The position numbers and the translations under genes were made by a program. A stretch of 64,000 nt of DNA from Camelus ferus. Taxonomy: Eukaryota. Below are positions 58,201 through 64,000 of the stretch, piece by piece. The stretch is from assembly GCF_009834535.1 (NCBI RefSeq), contig NC_045696.1, positions 47,432,001 to 47,496,000 of the forward strand, in the 5' to 3' direction. Each line of letters begins with the position of its first letter. Position 1 is the first letter of the stretch. The notes under the pieces are model-generated. The model saw only the letters and a list, made by a program, of their open reading frames with translations. It made no database searches and was not told the DNA's origin.

Positions 58201-61059
58201 CACAAAATTATGAACGACATCAAGAATGTCATGAAATACAAAACTTCTAAATGAAAATCTTCCTATTTGTAACTCAGATTACATCACAAAAGAAAAATAT
58301 CTTGGAAAACAGAAGGGTTAGACAGGAATCATGGACTCCTAAAGTCAGAGGAAAACTGGAGACTATGTGAAACCAACCCTGACATGTTAGAATTTAGCCT
58401 GGGTTTTAAAAGGCCTTCAATTGTTTATGTGAAACAAATTTACTCTTACAGCAAATGAAAAAACCCAGCCCTACAGGCATGTACAGTATAGTCCAAGTTC
58501 TTGCCTTAGAGTTGCTGACAAATTTCATGAAAATTACTAGGACCTTCCTAAGCCTTCAGTGTAAAGGGTAGACTGGGGGTATTGATTTGGTTGCTTCCCT
58601 GTAGCTGAAAACAAAATTATCTTCTTGTAGCAATTAATGGACTAATAAAAACTTTTCAGTGCTCCCCTTAATTAAAAAAGAGAAAGAAAAATTTCTAATT
58701 GAAATATAATTTTTGTGTGAATGATAGGATAATTTATGGTTAGCATCGGTATAATTTTAAAATGAAATTAATGCTTTCTGCTTACTGCTTTGAAGTACAC
58801 CTTTTGATACTGTGCTATATTTAATTTGCCCACACCACAACTATTTATTGAGTATATACTGAATTCTAGACGCTGTGAGAAATGGAAAGGAATAAAACTA
58901 AGTACAAAGGAGATGGATGTTATTAGTTCTCCCAAGAATGATAAATTCCAAAGATCTGTTATTACTTTCTATGTATGTATTTGCTTTCTTACCCCTCCCT
59001 CAGAAAGAGAAGTATTAAAAGTGCATAGAAGAGTATAAAAGATAACCAGATAAATCAAGGCAAAGATAAAATAAGGAGCAAGGGATACAATTAGTCACAA
59101 CAATAAGTATCATAATCCCAGAGATTTCCTTAAGGTAGATTGTGTGTCAAATGATACACAAAGACAGACAGATGGCCAGTGGCAATATTCACATGGATTA
59201 TAAGAGTAAAAATGTCTTGTTCTTGAGGAGATCCCTAGCTTCTTATACCTGATACCAAATGATGTATTAAACAACATCTTCTAATCCATAGCATCTCTAT
59301 AAGGAACGAATCTAACAGCAAGTTCCATACAGGCTGTTCTTCCTAAAATGAGCTTTTTCTTGCCCTGATAACAAAGGCAGAAAATGTGGAAAATGATAAA
59401 AAACAAAAAGAGCAACAGAGAGTTTCAATTTTCATTTTGCAACTACTACCTGAAGTTCAGTTCTCTGCTGTCATTTTAGGCAGGTCATTGGCAGAGATGG
59501 AAGCAAGTTTGATATTCTCTTAAGAAATCTTGGGAACATAACAGGAACATGTCCTAGGATAGAAAGTCATCGAAGCCTCCGTTCAGAGATAGATTCAGGG
59601 AGAACCTCCAGCAAGGATCAAAAATCTCCTTCCAAAATCAGTTTTCACTCTTTTCGTCATGTGTATAAATGAATAATCAAATTTCCAAAGTATATGTCAT
59701 AGGGATTTGACGCAATATTTCCAGGCCAGTCTATTTCTAAAGCCAGGTTACAAGTCGCCCAATTTGGCTCAAGGTAAATTATTTAAACATTCATTAAAGG
59801 CTTAATTTTCAGCAGTGCAGCTTTTTGGTCAATGTGTTGTGTTCCTAGGTAAGTTATACTATACTACATTATATTATGGTGTATAGTTTCTAGGCTGAAA
59901 ATAAAAAGAAATAATAAAGAACATCTGCTGAAAACAATCTGAGTTTTAAGTAGTGTTGTGATTTGATTGAAAAAAACTTAATGTGTTGTCCTCTAAAAAA
60001 GTAGTTGGTCTTCAGTCATTCTTTCTCTGACAATGACTAGACAAAACAACTATTTCATGAGGCTACTCTCGGTTTATGAAGGTAGAACCATATTGTCAGC
60101 ATGCAGGAATACATCCATTTTTCTGTTCTCATAGGAGGGGGTGTGCATTTAATAAGTAAAAATAAACATATAAGGTCTTTAAGGCAAAGGTTGAAGAGGA
60201 GAGAGTGAAAGCACACTCTCGTGCTACGCTTCTCAAGATGATCCTGTGGTCTGTGAAGAGGCTGTTTCTACTCACCCTGACTCTCAGCTTTTATGCCAGC
60301 ATCCCAGTTTTACACAAGTGTGTATTATTTAGAGTTGCAACTGGGTTCACAGCTTAGCTCAGCTAGCGATGTTTTCTAAATTTCCTTTTTCTGGAGATTT
60401 TACTGACAATAATCAAAGTCCTCAAAGACTAATTTTTTTAAACAAGAAAATTACATTTTACATTTAGAGTTGTGACCACCCCCATAAATCTAATCAGACA
60501 GCTAGCTGTTAGCCCCGATTTCCTTGTATCAAGTTTCCTAGGAAACAGACAATAATCACAGATGTTTTGGCAGATACAGATTTGGGGCAGAGAGAATTAG
60601 GATTCACCAAAGCTGCAGTGAGTTCCTCTTCTCACAGAGATCTGTTTCCCAGCTGTGGGAGGTAGGTCCTTTCCCCTTGGTAGTGCTAGAGACAAATGTA
60701 ACAATCTCAGTTGGTCTCCTCCTGGGTTGTGGATGCGTCTAGCTCTCACTTGATCAGAACCTTTCTGTTGGCCCTGGTCGTTCCATTCCCCTTCTTGATT
60801 CCACTCTTCATGTGTATTTATCAGTTGACACATGTTTAGCCAACACCTACTTTGTGCTGAATAGGTTGCAGAAATAATAGTAGGAGTCTCACCAGTATTA
60901 AGATAATAATGATAAGATAATAATGGCAACAAAAGATACCATTTTTTGAGCATTTTATTAGTGAGAAATGCTGTACTGTAAATCTCATTACATGTCTTAA
61001 CTCACTGAGTCCCCATAATAATAGGTACAATAGGAAATTAAAGCATGAAGATAAAGATC

Positions 61060-61430
61060 CATCAGACATTCTTCCTGTCCTTTCTGTCACAGTCTAGTGG
61101 GGGGCAGACTTTTATACACAAGTGATTACCTCAGTATTTGTTGACATGCACAGGGATATGTAAGAGGGCACTTGGTGAGGGAAGGGTAGCACTGAGTGAA
61201 AGCTTCAGAGAGAAGTTGGATTTGTAGGAATTTGTCAGAGGGCCAAGGGGAAAGGTGTTTCAGGAAAGGGGGCAAATATACAGACACAGAGGCGTGAAAT
61301 GGGAAGTGTGGTACCGACTGAAAGCTGAAGGAGCTTCAGAACGACTGGAGCAAGGCGTGTTATTGGGGGGTGTAGTGGGCAATCCCTAAAAGACAAGCAG
61401 GAAATTTAGAGTAACATTTTGTGGAAATAA
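61060..61430 (-). mobile_element. L2 fragment
   Basis: CACAGTCTAGTGGGGGCAGAC; GAAAGCTTCAGAGAGAAG; CAGACACAGAGGCGTGAAA. Confidence 0.6.
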
Positions 61431-61719
61431 CACACGGTAAGGGAAGAAGAGTGTGATGTCCTCTATGTTTAGGGCAGAAATAGGAGCAGGCACCTTCTCC
61501 TGAAGGACCTATGTCACTGGCTCTAGAGATAGAACAAAGGGACCACGTTCTGCAGAAACCACGGAGGAGGGGAGGGCATGGGGACAATGTGGAAAGATAG
61601 TAGCCAGATTAAGAGTGGTGGCTGATGTAGCCAGGATTAACGGAAGGAACTATAAAGTCAGGGCCTATTGAACTAATAGGAACAGAGGCCACATTGACCT
61701 GAGAAGGATCTGCTTAGTA

Positions 61720-63070
61720 CCTTTTTAAAATGTTTGCCATCAAGACATCAAAATCCTTTGAGATGTGCATATCCTTTGATCCAGCATTCCCCTTCTAGCA
61801 ACTGTTACCTTTAAAAAAGTAAAATTGGGTGTCTAGTTTTGGCTACAGATATTCATCACAAGATTGCTTATGTGACTAAAAATTAGAAGCAACTTAAGTG
61901 TCTAACAATAGGGGGTTGATTAAATAAATTATGGAAAATCCATACAATGGAATATAGGGAATGGAAGAATATTTTGTTTCTAGGAAAAGAAGCATGCTTT
62001 AAATTATTGGGGCAAAAGTAGGTAACAGTATAGTCAGTACAGTTAAATCCTATGCCTTCAACCATAACAATTGCTAAACAGAAAATAATAATAAGTTTGG
62101 AAGCATATTAACTGAGGTGTTCACAGTGATTGTCTCTTGATAGTAGGGTTAAAGTTGATTCTTATCATTTTGTTTTTTGCATATCTGTGTTTACTGTTTT
62201 TAACTATGAACATGGATGATGTGTGTAATAAGTCTGGCTTCCTTGTAGCAATTAAAGTTCACGTATTTAAGTGTCACCAAACACAGGGACTATAGAGGGG
62301 GAGTGATTAGAGTCTTCATGTGGCTAAGCAGGTAGCCTAAGATGATAATCGAAACATACCTCAATAGAAAATACAGTGTGTGCCTTCAAATTGCTTTAAA
62401 ATGTGGATGAAGTTAGAACTGTAGCTAGACTGTGGGTCCTTAAGGGACACACAAGGAAAAATAACAGAAAACAATCTTTACTAATAGTAATGATTAATTT
62501 AATCACAGAAATCAGACATTAACAACCCTGTATTGTGACAGCAAAGAGGGAAACTGAGACCAATCTGGCAAGAGACAGCTTGCTGGTCCCAGTTTTCACC
62601 ATTACAGTTAAATCAACCACCTGAAGGGACTATTATCAACCGGAGGTGGGGAACAATCGCTCTCAGAAAAAGCTTACCTTAAAAATTTCCATTAACTCAG
62701 CAATTCTACTCCCAAGAACCTTTCTCCAGATTAAGTCCACATATGGACAAAATGTCTGTCCAATGGAGTTTCTTGCATTATTATTTATAAAATGAAAATG
62801 TTTTTAAAAAGTATGTCCATTTTAGAGGAATAGGCAGAAAAATTATACTACAGCAACACTGTGAGATTCTATGCAACCACTAAAAATAATATACAAAATG
62901 GTAAAAAAACAAATTCCCCAGATGCGCTGGTAAGGCTAAAAGTGTTATATTAATGTCCCATTTATGTTTTAATAGAGGACCTTAAATGTTATTCTACATT
63001 TTGATATTGTTGGAATTTTAAAAATTTACACTCAGCAGGCACTTGTTTTTTTTTTAATAAACAATTAGAC
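61720..63070 (+). mobile_element. L1ME-like ORF2-end and 3' UTR relics (two pieces, ~61720-62230 and ~62570-63070)
   Basis: CATATCCTTTGATCCAGCATTCCCCTTCTAG; AGCAACTTAAGTGTCTAACAATAGGGGGTTGATTAAATAAATTATGG; ACTCAGCAATTCTACTCCCAAGAA. Confidence 0.75.
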
Positions 63071-64000
63071 ATAAAAATCAAATAAATAATTCTAAAAATA
63101 TATGCAGTACCATGCAATAACTAGAATTTCAAATTTATTTTAAATAGTTAATAATTATTATGTTGTAGTATTCTATAAATATTTATGGGATTATGATCAT
63201 GATGAATAAATTAGGCCTCTCCAAATCTTAGTGTTTTTAGCCAAATTAGTTGGTAGGTCTATTGCAGAAGATAAAAAAACTATTCACATGTTCTCAGTTT
63301 TCTTATAATTTATGAAACATAAAAATTCCCTTAAAGAAAATAAAATCACACATTTCACTACCATTATCAGTTAACTTTTCCCATTTATTAATTCTTTGAA
63401 AATTTTTATAACTCATGTACGATATGTCTGGCATAGCAAGTAGAACGCAGAAGTGGTTTTGTTCTCTGTGGAGCTTATGGTATTTTGAACATCTAACTAC
63501 ATGGTATAAAATTAAAGAGGTAGCAGACATTAGTAGACAGATTTTCTCATGTGGAAAGAGCCAGAGGCTAGTTCAAACCAAAGCAATGTATAGATGAATG
63601 TGATATGCAAATTATATGCATGTTTATGTATACATACATCTATATCATAAATGTATATATATAATCACCTCTATGCCTAACTACGCTCATTTAAAAATAA
63701 GTGATGCTAATAAATAAATAAAGCAACTCAAATACACAGGACTACGGAGGACAGTTCAACCACTACTGCAATGTCAATACTTCGAAGAAAACAATTCAAA
63801 TGTCAAATTTGAGATATAGAAAAGAAGTAAAATAGAGCAACACAAAGAACATTTGGGTTTAGGGATTCTTTATTCAATGGGTTAAAGAGAGGCTACGGAA
63901 GTAAAACTCATTTCCCTCCCATTGAGTTTTATTGTGTTTAACATTGTGGTATTTGGATTTCTTTGAAAGGGCCTAAGATGTTTTGATTCCAGGCAGTCAC

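Noticed and set aside
59000..59800. Possible RTE- or HAL1-like ancient LINE relic (DRWPVAIFTW frame near 59167)
   Set aside because: Only a weak single-motif resemblance; not assignable by eye.
1..64000. A novel multi-gene biological system
   Set aside because: No intact genes, operon-like structure, CpG-island promoter or internal ERV coding regions (gag/pol/env) are visible, so the sequence does not support such a claim.

Overview
Mammalian non-coding genomic DNA, very likely from a camelid (camel/alpaca/llama lineage). This rests on two tRNA-derived Vic-1-like SINEs and two young L1 3' ends of camelid type. I find no intact protein-coding gene, functional RNA gene, CRISPR array or prokaryotic system. 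The long ORFs in the track are either chance ORFs or transposon relics. The window is a repeat-rich intergenic or intronic segment. It holds six ERV1-type solo LTRs (four within 13.8-18.0 kb, each with a perfect or near-perfect 4-bp TSD), MaLR (MLT1) and ERVL (LTR16C-like) LTRs, and many L1, L2 and MIR fragments. DNA-transposon relics include MER5, MER53, MER46C, MER58A and MER102-like elements, plus a fossil hAT/Charlie transposase with recognisable catalytic motifs at 34.3-35.2 kb. The most notable unexplained structure is three local duplications: 4.3-5.2/7.2-7.6 kb (with a sharp identity step), 8.1-9.0/13.1-13.8 kb and 23.2/24.7 kb. There are also several rearranged L1 insertions and a few repeat-free, motif-dense candidate enhancers. 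Repeat family names come from my recall of consensus sequences, not from a database search, and boundaries of old repeats are approximate.
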